The notes below the pieces were generated by a model. That model had not been told where the DNA came from, made no database searches, and worked only from the letters and a program-made list of their open reading frames with translations. DNA of 64,000 nucleotides from Chitinophagaceae bacterium (GTDB lineage Bacteria > Bacteroidota > Bacteroidia > Chitinophagales > Chitinophagaceae), in assembly GCA_044233655.1 (NCBI GenBank), contig JBIIJQ010000004.1, positions 16,079-80,078 on the forward strand, written 5' to 3'. Below, one piece after another: positions 46,481-57,009 of the stretch. The position numbers and the translations under genes are program-made. Within the stretch, counting starts at the first letter, position 1. Each line of letters opens with the position of its first letter.

Positions 46481-47236
46481 TCAATGTTTACTTAAAAATT
46501 CGCTAAAAACTAAATTGAACTCTTTTGGGACTTCCATCATAGGAGCATGTCCACATTTATCTATCCAATGCAATTCTGAATTAGGTAATAATTTTTTAAA
46601 TTCTTCGGCTACCATAGGTGGTGTGATTGTATCGTTCTTTCCCCATATTAAACATACAGGTTGTTTGATATTTTGAAGTTCTTCACCCAAGTGATGTCGG
46701 ATAGCTGATTTGGCTAGGTAAATGATTTTGACTGCTTTCAATCGGTTATTTACGATGTTATAAACTTCATCAACCAATTCTTGAGAAGCCGATTTTGCAT
46801 CATAAAAAGTAAGTTCTACTTTTTTACGAATGTAATCTTTATCGCCTCGTTTTGGATAGGTTTCGCCCATGCCATTTTCAAATAATCCAGAGCTTCCTGT
46901 AAGTGTAATTGTTTTTACACGTTCAGGATGCTTAAGTGCATATACAAGTGCTATATGACCACCTAGCGAATTGCCTAATAAATTTACATTGGTGAGATTT
47001 TTTGTTTCAATGAATTTTGAAACATGCTTTGCAAGACCAGATACTGATGTGTCCAAATTGGTAAGGTCATACAAGGGTAACATAGGTATGTATACTGTGT
47101 ATTTTTCTTTGAAACAATCAACTAGATCTTTGAAGTTACTCAACGCTCCAAATAGCCCATGAAGTAAAATAAGACTTTCGCCTTGACCTTCCATTACATA
47201 TTTGAATTTTCCTGATTGCTTGATTTCGTATTGCAT
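46481..47236 (-). CDS. Alpha/beta hydrolase
   Basis: 251 aa. Contains the HGLFG oxyanion region, nucleophile elbow GNSLGG and distal GHAPMME. Confidence 0.85.
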   Translation of the reverse strand: MQYEIKQSGKFKYVMEGQGESLILLHGLFGALSNFKDLVDCFKEKYTVYIPMLPLYDLTNLDTSVSGLAKHVSKFIETKNLTNVNLLGNSLGGHIALVYALKHPERVKTITLTGSSGLFENGMGETYPKRGDKDYIRKKVELTFYDAKSASQELVDEVYNIVNNRLKAVKIIYLAKSAIRHHLGEELQNIKQPVCLIWGKNDTITPPMVAEEFKKLLPNSELHWIDKCGHAPMMEVPKEFNLVFSEFLSKH

Positions 47237-47356
47237 AGCGTAATTACTTAGCGCTAAAGTAGTTTTTTAAATGGTAAAAGTGAAATATTCTCAATAATGA
47301 ATTGTTATCTTTCGGTATACAAATTCTTTATTTATAAATTCAAAGTGAGAATTTAT

Positions 47357-47782
47357 TTACTTTGATGAATCTTTCTCAATGGGAATAATTTTTGTTTCCG
47401 TGAAAGTTCCATCACTTGATTCTACTACTACTACACACAAACCTTGATCCTTGAAACACAATTCACGTGCGGCTTTTTCAGTAAGGTCAATCACACGATT
47501 ATTATTGGGTGCCATACGGTCATTGACTTTTACAATAACTGATTTGCCCGTTTTTTTATTAGTAACTTTTACAAGGGTTCCAAGGGGGAAATGGTTGGAA
47601 GCGCCTGTCATGTTCTGATTGCTGAAGATTTCGCCAGTAGCGGTTTTGCGCCCATTGAATTTGGTATGATAATAGCTTGCAATGCCTTCTTTCTTTTTTA
47701 TATCTGTTTTGATTCCTTGGCCAAATGTTGCCCATGAAATGAAAATGAATAGAATGATAAAAACTATACGAAGTTGCATCAT
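47357..47782 (-). CDS. RlpA-like (DPBB) septal-ring lytic transglycosylase family protein
   Basis: 141 aa. GIASYYHTKFNGRKTATGEIFS....GASNHFPLGTLVKVTN..GKSVIVKVNDR. Confidence 0.8.
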   Translation of the reverse strand: MMQLRIVFIILFIFISWATFGQGIKTDIKKKEGIASYYHTKFNGRKTATGEIFSNQNMTGASNHFPLGTLVKVTNKKTGKSVIVKVNDRMAPNNNRVIDLTEKAARELCFKDQGLCVVVVESSDGTFTETKIIPIEKDSSK

Positions 47783-47799
47783 GTAAATATAAATGAAAT

Positions 47800-48228
47800 T
47801 TATCTATTGACCCATAGCTTGTTTACATCTGCTACTTGGTCTTTGAAGTCAACTACTTCTATAATAACTTCACCAATTCCTTGTTTTACTAACCCTAACT
47901 TATTAGCAGCAGCATGAGAAAGATCAATTAATCGTTTGTTGCTTTTGTTCATACGATCATTGATTTTTACAACTACACTTTTTCCATTGAGTTTATTGGT
48001 TACTCTTACAATTGTACCAAGTTGTAAAAAGTTATTCGCTGCAGTAAATTTAGCATTGCTAAAAATTTCGCCTGTACTTGTAAGTCTGCCATTGAACTTA
48101 GGATGATAGTAACTAGCAATACCTTTCCATTGATTCGTTGCTATTTTTTTTACTGGTGTAAATGAAAATAAAATACATATAGTTGCTAAACCGATTATGA
48201 TGAAAGCTGTTTGAATAAGTTTGTTCAT
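47800..48228 (-). CDS. RlpA-like (DPBB) protein, tandem paralog
   Basis: 142 aa. GIASYYHPKFNGRLTSTGEIFS...AANNFLQLGTIVRVTN..GKSVVVKINDR. Confidence 0.8.
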   Translation of the reverse strand: MNKLIQTAFIIIGLATICILFSFTPVKKIATNQWKGIASYYHPKFNGRLTSTGEIFSNAKFTAANNFLQLGTIVRVTNKLNGKSVVVKINDRMNKSNKRLIDLSHAAANKLGLVKQGIGEVIIEVVDFKDQVADVNKLWVNR

Positions 48229-48327
48229 ATGCGTTTAGTTGATAGTGTGCAAATGTAACCCTTCATGTAAAGCTAAAATCTTGTTTAGGCTTTTGTAAAC
48301 ATAATGAAATGTTAGGCAGGCTAGTTT

Positions 48328-49341
48328 TTACCAGATGTTAACTTCTCGCTCTAATGTAATGTTAAAGCGCTGTTGAACTGATATGATAATTTGTTCTGAA
48401 AGTTGGTAAATAGCAGAACCTTCTGCATTTGAAAAATTCACCAAGACCAATGCTTGCTTTTCATGTACGCCGATTTTACCAACTTTATATCCTTTCCAGC
48501 CGCATTGTTCAATAAGCCATCCAGCTGGAATTTTTATACCATTTTCTGCAGGGTAGTTAGGTAATTGGGGATATTGAGATAATAATGTATCAAATAGTTG
48601 TTTAGTTATAACTGGGTTTTTAAAAAAGCTACCTGCATTGCCTATCACTTTTGGATCAGGTAATTTTGAAGATCTTATTTCAATAACAGCTTTTGAAATA
48701 GATTCAATTGAAACCTGATTGTTAAACTTAGAAGCTAAAATATGTTTTATATCACCGTATTCAATTTTGAATGTAGGTTTTTTTTGTAAGCATAAGTTTA
48801 CAGATAAAATAAAATAGTTTCCTTTTTCTTTAGTTTTGAAAATGCTTTCTCTGTATCCAAATTGACATTCATCCAAAGAGAAGGTTTTTCGTTCTTTACT
48901 TGCCAAGTTTATTGTTTCGCATGAAGCAAAAACATCTTTTAATTCAACTCCATAAGCGCCTATATTTTGTATCGGTGCCGCACCTATTGTGCCTGGTATA
49001 AGCGAAAGATTTTCTACGCCACCATATCCATTATTTACACACCACATCACACTTTCGTGCCACGATTCACCCGACATAAATTCCACTATTACTTCATGTT
49101 CATTTTCAGAAATTAACGTGATTCCTTTTAATTTATTTAAAACCGTAATACCTTCTATTGGCTTTGTAAGTAAGATATTGCTACCACCACCAATGAATTG
49201 AATGGAGTATTGATAGGCCTCATTGTAGTATAATAATTCTATTAGTTCGTCTACAGTATGAATAGTTGTAAAGAGTGAAGCGTTTTCATTGATATGAAAC
49301 GTATTATAATCTTTAAGATTTACATTATGGAGCAATTGCAT
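48328..49341 (-). CDS. murB: UDP-N-acetylenolpyruvoylglucosamine reductase
   Basis: Contains LKDYNTFHI, IGGGSNIL, GAAPIQNIGAYG and GSFFKNP. The ATG at 49341 is preferred; the track start at 49350 is a TTG. Confidence 0.92.
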   Translation of the reverse strand: MQLLHNVNLKDYNTFHINENASLFTTIHTVDELIELLYYNEAYQYSIQFIGGGSNILLTKPIEGITVLNKLKGITLISENEHEVIVEFMSGESWHESVMWCVNNGYGGVENLSLIPGTIGAAPIQNIGAYGVELKDVFASCETINLASKERKTFSLDECQFGYRESIFKTKEKGNYFILSVNLCLQKKPTFKIEYGDIKHILASKFNNQVSIESISKAVIEIRSSKLPDPKVIGNAGSFFKNPVITKQLFDTLLSQYPQLPNYPAENGIKIPAGWLIEQCGWKGYKVGKIGVHEKQALVLVNFSNAEGSAIYQLSEQIIISVQQRFNITLEREVNIW

Positions 49342-49404
49342 ACATCGCAAATCTAATCATATTCTATAGCTCTTAAAAGGATTCTTTTCATATTCTTCAT
49401 TTCT

Positions 49405-50637
49405 ATGATTATCTTTCGAGTCGATTTGAGCATGATCAGACACATACCTTTTTTGAAAGAGGTGTTTAAATACTCTTTGTCGGCCTTTGGCGGACCGCAA
49501 GGACATATCGGTATGATGATGAAAACCTTTGTAGAAAAACGAAAAGATGTGACTCAAGAAGAGTTGATAGATTACATGTCGTTTTGCCAAATGTTACCCG
49601 GTCCTTCTTCCACTCAAACAATTACATTGATAGGTTATAAGCGAGGAGGAATATTACTCGCAATCGTCACGTTGTTGATTTGGATTTTGCCAGCTAGTAT
49701 CATGATGGGAGCATTGTCGTTTCTTATACAATATTTTGATGCGCAATCTATCCAAACTAATTTATTCAAATTTATTCAACCAATGGCAGTTGGGTTTTTG
49801 ATTTATGCTGCATACAAAGCAATGCGCATCAGTGTGAATCATCCTGCAACATACACGATTATGTTCATTGCTGGTATTCTTACAATTTTGTTAAGATCTC
49901 CTTGGCTTTTCCCTTTGTTGATAATAGCTGGGGGCCTTATTTCTAACTTTAGCGATAAGCGTATTCCAGAAATTCAAAAGAATAAAAAGCCAATCAAATG
50001 GGTCAATATTTTAGGGTTTGTATTGGTATTTTTAATTGCAGGAATATTTTCTGAATTAGCTCGTATTCAACATTGGCATTATGCAAGAGCTTTTAATTTG
50101 TTTGAAAATTTTTATCGATTTGGTAGTTTCGTATTTGGTGGAGGACATGCCTTGATGCCTATGATGTACGAACAATTTGTAATACGTCCTGAACATTTGC
50201 AAATAGGACAATACTTGACTCCTTCTCAGTTTTTAACTGGAGCTGGCATTATCAATGCAATACCAGGTCCTGTTTTTTCAATTTGCTCCTATATTGGTGG
50301 TATGAGTATGAGTGAATATGGTTGGCAAGCACAATTACTAGGATGTGCTGTAGCAACTGTTGGTGTATTTTTACCAAGTGTGTTATTGCTCTTTTTCTTT
50401 TTTCCTATTTATCAAAATTTAAAACAACATACTATAATTTTTAGAGCATTGGAAGGTATCCATGCGGTAGTTGTAGGTATAATGTGGGCATCAGGATATA
50501 TATTATTTCAGTCCCTACCATTTGATTGGACCAATTTGGTTGTTATTTTAATTACATTCAGTTTGTTGATGTATTCAAAAATTCCAGCTCCATTGATAGT
50601 GGTTGCTTGGTTGTTGCTTGGGTTAGCTTTGAAATAG
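49405..50637 (+). CDS. chrA: Chromate transporter ChrA (two CHR domains)
   Basis: [23 protein letters not shown] in the first half and [16 protein letters not shown] in the second, with about 10-12 TM segments. The probable start is the ATG at 49432. Confidence 0.85.
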   Translation: MIIFRVDLSMIRHIPFLKEVFKYSLSAFGGPQGHIGMMMKTFVEKRKDVTQEELIDYMSFCQMLPGPSSTQTITLIGYKRGGILLAIVTLLIWILPASIMMGALSFLIQYFDAQSIQTNLFKFIQPMAVGFLIYAAYKAMRISVNHPATYTIMFIAGILTILLRSPWLFPLLIIAGGLISNFSDKRIPEIQKNKKPIKWVNILGFVLVFLIAGIFSELARIQHWHYARAFNLFENFYRFGSFVFGGGHALMPMMYEQFVIRPEHLQIGQYLTPSQFLTGAGIINAIPGPVFSICSYIGGMSMSEYGWQAQLLGCAVATVGVFLPSVLLLFFFFPIYQNLKQHTIIFRALEGIHAVVVGIMWASGYILFQSLPFDWTNLVVILITFSLLMYSKIPAPLIVVAWLLLGLALK

Positions 50638-50701
50638 TCATTTGACTGCGCTGTGGAATTATGCAAACTAAAATTTAAACTAAATCTATTACTTTTGAAG
50701 T

Positions 50702-51838
50702 ATGTATAAATTATTTTTTACACTATCTGTAATGGTTATCTTAGGCTTTTGTACGAGCCTTCATGCTCAGATTAATAATGATTTATTGAAGCAAGATATT
50801 GAGCTAAATGATAGTTTAGATAACAAGGTTTTGTTTTCTGTTGCCAATCAAAACTTTTTAAAGAACAATGAATATTTTCATGATATTACAACTGGGTATA
50901 CATTGTTTGGATCTATGTTGAGTACGCAGGTGGCCTACCTACCTACACCGAATCTTCGATTACAAGCGGGTGTTTTTTTTCGAAAGGATTTTGGCAATGC
51001 ATCTTTATATTCTGTTGAGCCTTTACTTACGTTGAAATATCAGAAAAACGGATATGCTGTAATGATAGGTAATCTGGAGGGTAACCTTTCTCATCGATTA
51101 ATCGAACCTGTTTTTAATTACGAACGATTTATTACAAACTACAATGAAAATGGAATACAAGTAAAAATTGATAAGAAAAAAATATGGTCAGATACTTGGA
51201 TCAATTGGGAAGTAATGCAATACTATAAATCCAATTATCAGGAGGAATTTGCAGCGGGTAATTCTACAATCCTTCATTTGATAGATGATGGGAAAAATAG
51301 ATTTTCAATACCATTGCAAGGTATTATTACCCATATTGGTGGCCAAGTTGACATTGACACAAATGCAGTTCGCTCCAAAACAAATCTTGCTATTGGATTT
51401 GATTATACAAGAAAATTGGATGGTTTTTTCACGGAGTTTAATACAAAGAATTATTACACAATTTATAAAGAACTGGCCCCTTCTAAACTAGTTGCTATTT
51501 CAAAAGGAAGGGGCGCTTATTTCAATACAGAATTAAAAACGAAGTATCATATCAATGCTTCTGTAAGTTATTGGAATGGACTCAATTATCTTGCTCCTCG
51601 CGGCGGAGATTTATTTCAATCTATGTCATCTTATTATTCTCAAGTGAACGTGCTGGAACGAAATCGAAGTTTACTATTTGTAAGATTACTTTATCAAAAA
51701 ACAATCCTTGAAAATTTTAATTTAGATATACGTTTCGAACCTTATTTCGATTTAATCAATCAATTCTTCGAACATTCTTATTCTATTTATCTTACCTACA
51801 AAAAAGATTTTGGTTTAGTAAAATTGAAAAAGAAATAA
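50702..51838 (+). CDS. Hypothetical outer-membrane beta-barrel-like protein
   Basis: 378 aa with a signal peptide ending in HAQ, alternating aromatic/polar strands, and a terminal aromatic-rich segment. Confidence 0.5.
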   Translation: MYKLFFTLSVMVILGFCTSLHAQINNDLLKQDIELNDSLDNKVLFSVANQNFLKNNEYFHDITTGYTLFGSMLSTQVAYLPTPNLRLQAGVFFRKDFGNASLYSVEPLLTLKYQKNGYAVMIGNLEGNLSHRLIEPVFNYERFITNYNENGIQVKIDKKKIWSDTWINWEVMQYYKSNYQEEFAAGNSTILHLIDDGKNRFSIPLQGIITHIGGQVDIDTNAVRSKTNLAIGFDYTRKLDGFFTEFNTKNYYTIYKELAPSKLVAISKGRGAYFNTELKTKYHINASVSYWNGLNYLAPRGGDLFQSMSSYYSQVNVLERNRSLLFVRLLYQKTILENFNLDIRFEPYFDLINQFFEHSYSIYLTYKKDFGLVKLKKK

Positions 51839-51898
51839 GGTCTATTATTTATTTAAAGGATAACCCAATTTAACCATATATGCCTATAATACATGAAC

Positions 51899-51947
51899 AC
51901 TGATTAGACTGATTTGTGCGATTCACATAGTGATTTTAGGACTGATT
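51899..51947 (+). repeat. TGATT periodic motif in a 354-bp non-coding gap
   Basis: ACTGATT appears 3 times (51899, 51908, 51941), plus GCGATTC and GTGATTT. GATT spacing is 9, 9, 12, 12 nt. This is the same motif type as the arrays flanking the GxxExxY gene. Confidence 0.5.
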
Positions 51948-52192
51948 TCTTCCCTTGGAACTGGATAATGAAATCAATATCCTTTGTAAGAAGTTTAAAA
52001 TCTGTTCTAATCTTTCCAACCCGCTAAATCCGTTTTCTATTGTTCGCTTTTAGAGTAGGTTTTTATGGGTGATTCAATTGTTTTATTTAAACTTAAGTAG
52101 TTCACACTATTAGAAATTATTAACTTAATAAATGGTAAATCTCACAACGAACAGATTTCGCTCGAGTCTAATACCCTATATTTGAATCAAAC

Positions 52193-52987
52193 ATGAATTC
52201 TCACATGAAATATCAATTGTTGTTACTTGTTGTTCTTACATCTTTTGCTTTGAAAGGGCAAGCCGCTTTTCGTACAATTAATCATCAAGCCTTCAAGCGG
52301 GGCGAAAAATTGACCTATAGAATCCATTACGGATTTATTGATGCCGCTATTGCAACCATTGAGATCAAAGAAGAAAATAAAAAATTCTCAGACCGTAATA
52401 CATATCATGTAGTTGGAATTGGCCAATCAAAAGGCAGTTTTGATTTCTTTTTCAAAATACGTGACCGATACGAAACCTTTATAGACGAGGAAGCTTTATT
52501 GCCCTGGTTTTTTGGACGAAGGGTTGATGAAGGTGGATATAAAATTGCGCAAGATTATATATTTCATCATCACCTAAATAAAGTGAATGTAGGTAATAAC
52601 AAAATGGTAGATATATGGCAAAACACACAGGATATGTTGTCGGGTTTTTATTTAGCGCGTACTATGGATCTAAGTAATGCGAAGCCGGGGCAATTATTTT
52701 CTGTTCCAACTATTGTAGATGGTGAAATGTATAATTTACAAATCAAATTTAAAGGAAAGGAAACTATCAAGTGCGATTGGGGCAAAATACGTTGTCTAAA
52801 ATTTGTGCCTGTACTACAGAAAGGGCGAATTTTCAAACATGAAGAAGATATGATTGTGTGGTTGAGCGACGATAAAAATCATATTCCGATACGCGCTAAG
52901 GCAGACATTCTATTTGGCTCGCTCAAAATGGATTTGATTGACTATAAAGGAATTGCGAGCCCTTTTGCTTTTATAAATTTTAAATAG
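52193..52987 (+). CDS. DUF3108 domain-containing protein
   Basis: 264 aa with a signal peptide. FKRGEKLTYRIHYGFIDAAIATIEI is the typical DUF3108 opening. Confidence 0.7.
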   Translation: MNSHMKYQLLLLVVLTSFALKGQAAFRTINHQAFKRGEKLTYRIHYGFIDAAIATIEIKEENKKFSDRNTYHVVGIGQSKGSFDFFFKIRDRYETFIDEEALLPWFFGRRVDEGGYKIAQDYIFHHHLNKVNVGNNKMVDIWQNTQDMLSGFYLARTMDLSNAKPGQLFSVPTIVDGEMYNLQIKFKGKETIKCDWGKIRCLKFVPVLQKGRIFKHEEDMIVWLSDDKNHIPIRAKADILFGSLKMDLIDYKGIASPFAFINFK

Positions 52988-53109
52988 AATTAATCACAAA
53001 TCTATTTATTGATATTTATCATAGTTAATACCTATAAAAAACATCGTACGATTTGATTTTCGAAATGTAAATTTGCATTTCTTAATTCAAAAAATCTAAA
53101 ATCAAAACG

Positions 53110-55947
53110 ATGGATTTACGTTCAAAACAACAACACGAATTTATTGGTCGACATATTGGCCCAAATGAAATAGAGACAACTCAAATGCTTAAAATCATTG
53201 GAATGTCTTCAATGGATGAGTTAATTGAAAAAACTGTTCCTGCAAATATCCGTTTGAAGTCAGCATTGAATGTAAGTGATCCAATCAGTGAATTTGATTA
53301 CTTACTGAAGATTTCTGCCATGGGCAAAAAAAATGAATTGAAGAAAGATTTTATAGGTAAAGGGTATTATGGTACTATAACACCAAGCGTTATCCTACGC
53401 AATTTGTTTGAAAATCCAGGATGGTACACGCAATATACACCTTACCAAGCTGAAATAGCACAAGGTCGTTTGGAAAGTTTATTGAATTACCAAACTATGA
53501 TTTCAGATTTGACTGGTTTACCTATCGCCAATGCATCTTTGTTGGACGAAGCTACAGCAGCTGCAGAAGCTATGACCTTGTTGAACGGTGCCAAAGGAGC
53601 CGATCACAAACATCGTTTTTTTGTAGATCATGGGGTGTTTGCTCAAACAGTTGATGTATTGAAAACACGTGCTATACCTGTTGGCGTTGAACTTGTTTTC
53701 GGCGACTACAAAACTACAACCTTAGACGAAACCTATTTTGGAGCTTTAGTTCAGTATCCAAATGCAGAAGGTGCAATTAATGATTATCGCACCTTTATTG
53801 AACAAGCACATGCTATGAATGCTGGAGTAGTAATGGCCTGCGATATTTTAGCGTTAGCATTGCTCACACCTCCTGGAGAATTAGGTGCTGACATTGCTGT
53901 AGGTAATACACAACGATTTGGTGTACCAATGGGTTTTGGTGGACCACATGCAGCCTATTTTGCTACCAAAGACGAATACAAACGTGTCATTCCTGGTCGT
54001 ATAATCGGGGTAAGTGTGGATGCACAAGGCAACCGTTGTTTGCGTATGGCGTTGCAAACAAGAGAGCAACATATTCGTCGTGAAAAAGCAACTTCAAATA
54101 TTTGTACAGCACAAGCATTGTTATCCAACATAGCTGCAATGTATGCTGTTTATCATGGTCCAACTGGCATTAGCGATATCGCTAAACGAGTTTCAATTTA
54201 TACTAAAGCCTTAGCAGATGCATTGGGCGATAAAAATATTAATCAACATTATTTTGATACATTAAAAATTGCAGTTGCTGATGAAGCTGCTACAATCAAA
54301 TCACTTGAGACAGCAGGATATAATGTATATGCCTTTGGTACAGGTCATATTGGTATTTCGTTCGACGAAACTGCTCGACCTGAAGATATAGATGCTATTG
54401 CGTCAATATTAGGAGCGGGTGCTATTTCGTATGCCGATACATTGACAAATATTCCTGATTTTGCCACACGTACTTCGGAGTATTTGACGCATCCAGTGTT
54501 CAACTCTCATCATAGCGAAAGCCAAATGATGCGTTACCTCAAATCATTAGAAGATAAAGATTTGGCGTTAAACCGATCTATGATTTCCCTAGGTAGCTGT
54601 ACCATGAAGTTGAATGCAGCTTCTGAAATGATTCCTGTGAGCGATCCGCATTGGGGTAGTTTGCACCCGTTTGCTCCAAAACATCAATGGAAAGGGTATC
54701 AAGAAATGGTAGCAGAACTAGAGCAAGATTTATGCGCTGTAACAGGTTTTGATGCATGTAGTTTGCAACCTAATTCAGGCGCACAAGGCGAATATGCTGG
54801 ATTGTTAGTCATCAAAGCTTACCACGAAAGCAGAGGCGATCATCATAGAAATGTCATTATTATACCGATTTCGGCTCATGGTACAAACCCTGCTAGTGCT
54901 GCAATGTGTGGTTTTAAAATAGTGATTGTAGCCTGCGATGACAAAGGTAATATTGATGTAAATGATATGAAAGCGAAGGTAGAAGCCAATGCCGCTAATT
55001 TGGCAGGTTTGATGGTGACTTACCCTTCTACGCATGGTGTATTTGAAGAAACGATTATCGAAATTTGTGACTTGATACACGCCAATGGCGGACAAGTGTA
55101 TATGGATGGTGCCAACATGAATGCACAAGTTGGATTGACTAGTCCGGGCAATATTGGTGCGGATGTTTGTCACTTAAACTTACACAAAACATTTGCAATA
55201 CCACATGGTGGTGGTGGACCTGGTATGGGGCCAATTTGTGTAAAATCGCAATTAGCACCATTCTTACCTACACACGTCGTACATGCAGTTGGTGGCGATA
55301 CACCTACACATGCTGTGAGTGCAGCGCCTTATGGTAGTGCAAGTATTTTATTGATATCGTATGCATACATTAAAATGCTTGGAGCATCTGGCATGCGCAA
55401 AGCGACTGAATACGCCATTTTGAATGCCAACTATATGAAGGCTCGTTTGGAAAAGGAATACAAAATATTATATACAGGTACCAATGGAACCTGTGCGCAC
55501 GAGTTTATCGTAGATTTACGTCCATTCAAGGCGGCACATGTCGAAGCTGAAGATGTTGCAAAACGATTGATGGACTTTGGTTTTCATGCACCTACATTGT
55601 CATTCCCTGTAGCTGGTACCTTGATGATTGAGCCTACTGAAAGTGAAGATAAAGCCGAATTGGATCGTTTTTGTGATGCCTTATTACACATTCGTAAAGA
55701 AATAGAAGCGGTAGTAACTGGTCAAGTAGATGAGAAAAATAATATCTTAAAACATGCACCACATACGCAATGGGTTATCACAGCCGATGAGTGGACTATG
55801 CCATATACACGTCAGCAAGCTGCATTTCCATTGCCTTGGGTTAAAGCCAACAAATTTTGGCCTACAGTAAGTCGTGTAAACAATACAGCTGGAGATCGAA
55901 ATCTAGTATGTACTTGTGAGCCGATTGAGAGTTATATGGAAGCGTAG
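53110..55947 (+). CDS. gcvP: Glycine dehydrogenase (decarboxylating), single-chain P protein
   Basis: 945 aa. Contains FIGRHIGP, YTPYQAEIAQGRLE and the PLP-Lys region NLHKTFAIPHGGGGPG. Confidence 0.97.
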   Translation: MDLRSKQQHEFIGRHIGPNEIETTQMLKIIGMSSMDELIEKTVPANIRLKSALNVSDPISEFDYLLKISAMGKKNELKKDFIGKGYYGTITPSVILRNLFENPGWYTQYTPYQAEIAQGRLESLLNYQTMISDLTGLPIANASLLDEATAAAEAMTLLNGAKGADHKHRFFVDHGVFAQTVDVLKTRAIPVGVELVFGDYKTTTLDETYFGALVQYPNAEGAINDYRTFIEQAHAMNAGVVMACDILALALLTPPGELGADIAVGNTQRFGVPMGFGGPHAAYFATKDEYKRVIPGRIIGVSVDAQGNRCLRMALQTREQHIRREKATSNICTAQALLSNIAAMYAVYHGPTGISDIAKRVSIYTKALADALGDKNINQHYFDTLKIAVADEAATIKSLETAGYNVYAFGTGHIGISFDETARPEDIDAIASILGAGAISYADTLTNIPDFATRTSEYLTHPVFNSHHSESQMMRYLKSLEDKDLALNRSMISLGSCTMKLNAASEMIPVSDPHWGSLHPFAPKHQWKGYQEMVAELEQDLCAVTGFDACSLQPNSGAQGEYAGLLVIKAYHESRGDHHRNVIIIPISAHGTNPASAAMCGFKIVIVACDDKGNIDVNDMKAKVEANAANLAGLMVTYPSTHGVFEETIIEICDLIHANGGQVYMDGANMNAQVGLTSPGNIGADVCHLNLHKTFAIPHGGGGPGMGPICVKSQLAPFLPTHVVHAVGGDTPTHAVSAAPYGSASILLISYAYIKMLGASGMRKATEYAILNANYMKARLEKEYKILYTGTNGTCAHEFIVDLRPFKAAHVEAEDVAKRLMDFGFHAPTLSFPVAGTLMIEPTESEDKAELDRFCDALLHIRKEIEAVVTGQVDEKNNILKHAPHTQWVITADEWTMPYTRQQAAFPLPWVKANKFWPTVSRVNNTAGDRNLVCTCEPIESYMEA

Positions 55948-55965
55948 TATGATACTATAAAATTT

Positions 55966-56000
55966 AAAAACGCCGCTGGGAAACTAACGGCGTTTTTTTA
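55966..56000 (+). terminator. Rho-independent terminator
   Basis: AAAAACGCCG-N12-CGGCGTTTTTTT. Confidence 0.75.
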
Positions 56001-56169
56001 TGATTTAATTCTGCAAGCAACTTACTTTTAGTTAAAAACTGCTTTACTCATCATTACTATTTCTTTTGAATAAGACTGTTTCTTCACTACGAACATTTTG
56101 AATAATATTTTAAAAAGAAAAAATGCTATACAGTGAAAAATGTTTATTTTTATAACAAAATTAAATAAG

Positions 56170-56412
56170 ATGACTACTGATTTGACAATTCAAGCAAAAA
56201 AAATAGAACTTATTCAATGGCTATCCACAACTGAAGATTTGAATATTGTTGATAAGGTTTTAGAATTGATGCTATCTGAGCGTAAAAAAGATTGGTGCTC
56301 AAACACCACTAGTGAAGAGAGAGAGTCAATTGACAAGGGGATACAAGATGCTGATACTGGAAAATTAAATCCGCATTCAAAAGCACGAGAAATATATGGT
56401 AAATGGTTATGA
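56170..56412 (+). CDS. Putative antitoxin / addiction-module component
   Basis: 80 aa from the ATG at 56170 (the track start is 56140). Its 3' end overlaps the start of a ParE/RelE-like reading frame by 17 nt. Confidence 0.5.
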   Translation: MTTDLTIQAKKIELIQWLSTTEDLNIVDKVLELMLSERKKDWCSNTTSEERESIDKGIQDADTGKLNPHSKAREIYGKWL

Positions 56413-56698
56413 AATACGTTGGACCGATCATGCACTTGATGAGTTAAACTCGATATATGAATATTTAATTGTAAATTTTACAGAACGCGAATTAAGGAAT
56501 CTTGCAGTATAAATTGAACATATAATGTATTTAATTTCTATAAATCCTTATTTATTTCAAGAGTCTGAAATTAAGAAAGGAGTTAGGAAAGCTGTTATAC
56601 TGAAATTTAATACAATGTACTATCGTATTGAAAATGATACTATTGAAATTCTCTCGTTTTTTTCAAACAGACAAAGCCAAGAGAAATTAAAGTTGTAG
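56396..56698 (+). pseudogene. ParE/RelE-family toxin interrupted by an in-frame TAA
   Basis: My translation is MVNGYEIRWTDHALDELNSIYEYLIVNFTERELRNLAV*IEHIMYLISINPYLFQESEIKKGVRKAVILKFNTMYYRIENDTIEILSFFSNRQSQEKLKL*. The premature stop is at 56510-56512 and the frame stays open to 56698. Confidence 0.7.
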
Positions 56699-56906
56699 TA
56701 TTAGTTTCTAATACAAAAAGTATTTCACTTCTATTTTACCAACCCATTGTTTGTTAACTAGTCTATCATTTTAAAATGATTGTCGCAACAATGTTTTAAG
56801 ATTATTAATGCTACAATAGAAACTATTTATCGTTGATTTTGTTATCAATTATATGAAATAGGAAGTAAATTAAAATTAAACACAAAAACAACAATGCGCA
56901 TAACAC

Positions 56907-57009
56907 GGCATTTTTAGGGCTAAAAAGTCACGATTTTGTGCCAAAAATGCCCCTATTCTGACACTCTTGCACGGTTTTATGCAAAAAACTGCTGTGGCAC
57001 AAGATTTGA
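56907..57009 (+). promoter_or_regulatory. Structured leader/operator region upstream of dnaK
   Basis: Three inverted repeats: GGCATTTTT (56907-15)/AAAAATGCC (56943-51), TTGTGCCA (56936-43)/TGGCACAA (56995-57002), and TTGCA (56967-71)/TGCAA (56980-84). There is also TGGCAC-N5-TTGA at 56995-57009. Confidence 0.4.

Noticed and set aside
52988-53109. A glycine riboswitch upstream of gcvP
   Set aside because: The 120-nt leader is AT-rich and lacks the conserved GGAGAG...CACCG-type cores. No stable aptamer-like stems were seen.
56995-57009. Calling TGGCAC-N5-TTGA a sigma-54 promoter for dnaK
   Set aside because: The -12 element is TTGA rather than TTGC, and the TGGCAC is one arm of an inverted repeat. 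It is reported only as part of the structured-leader finding.
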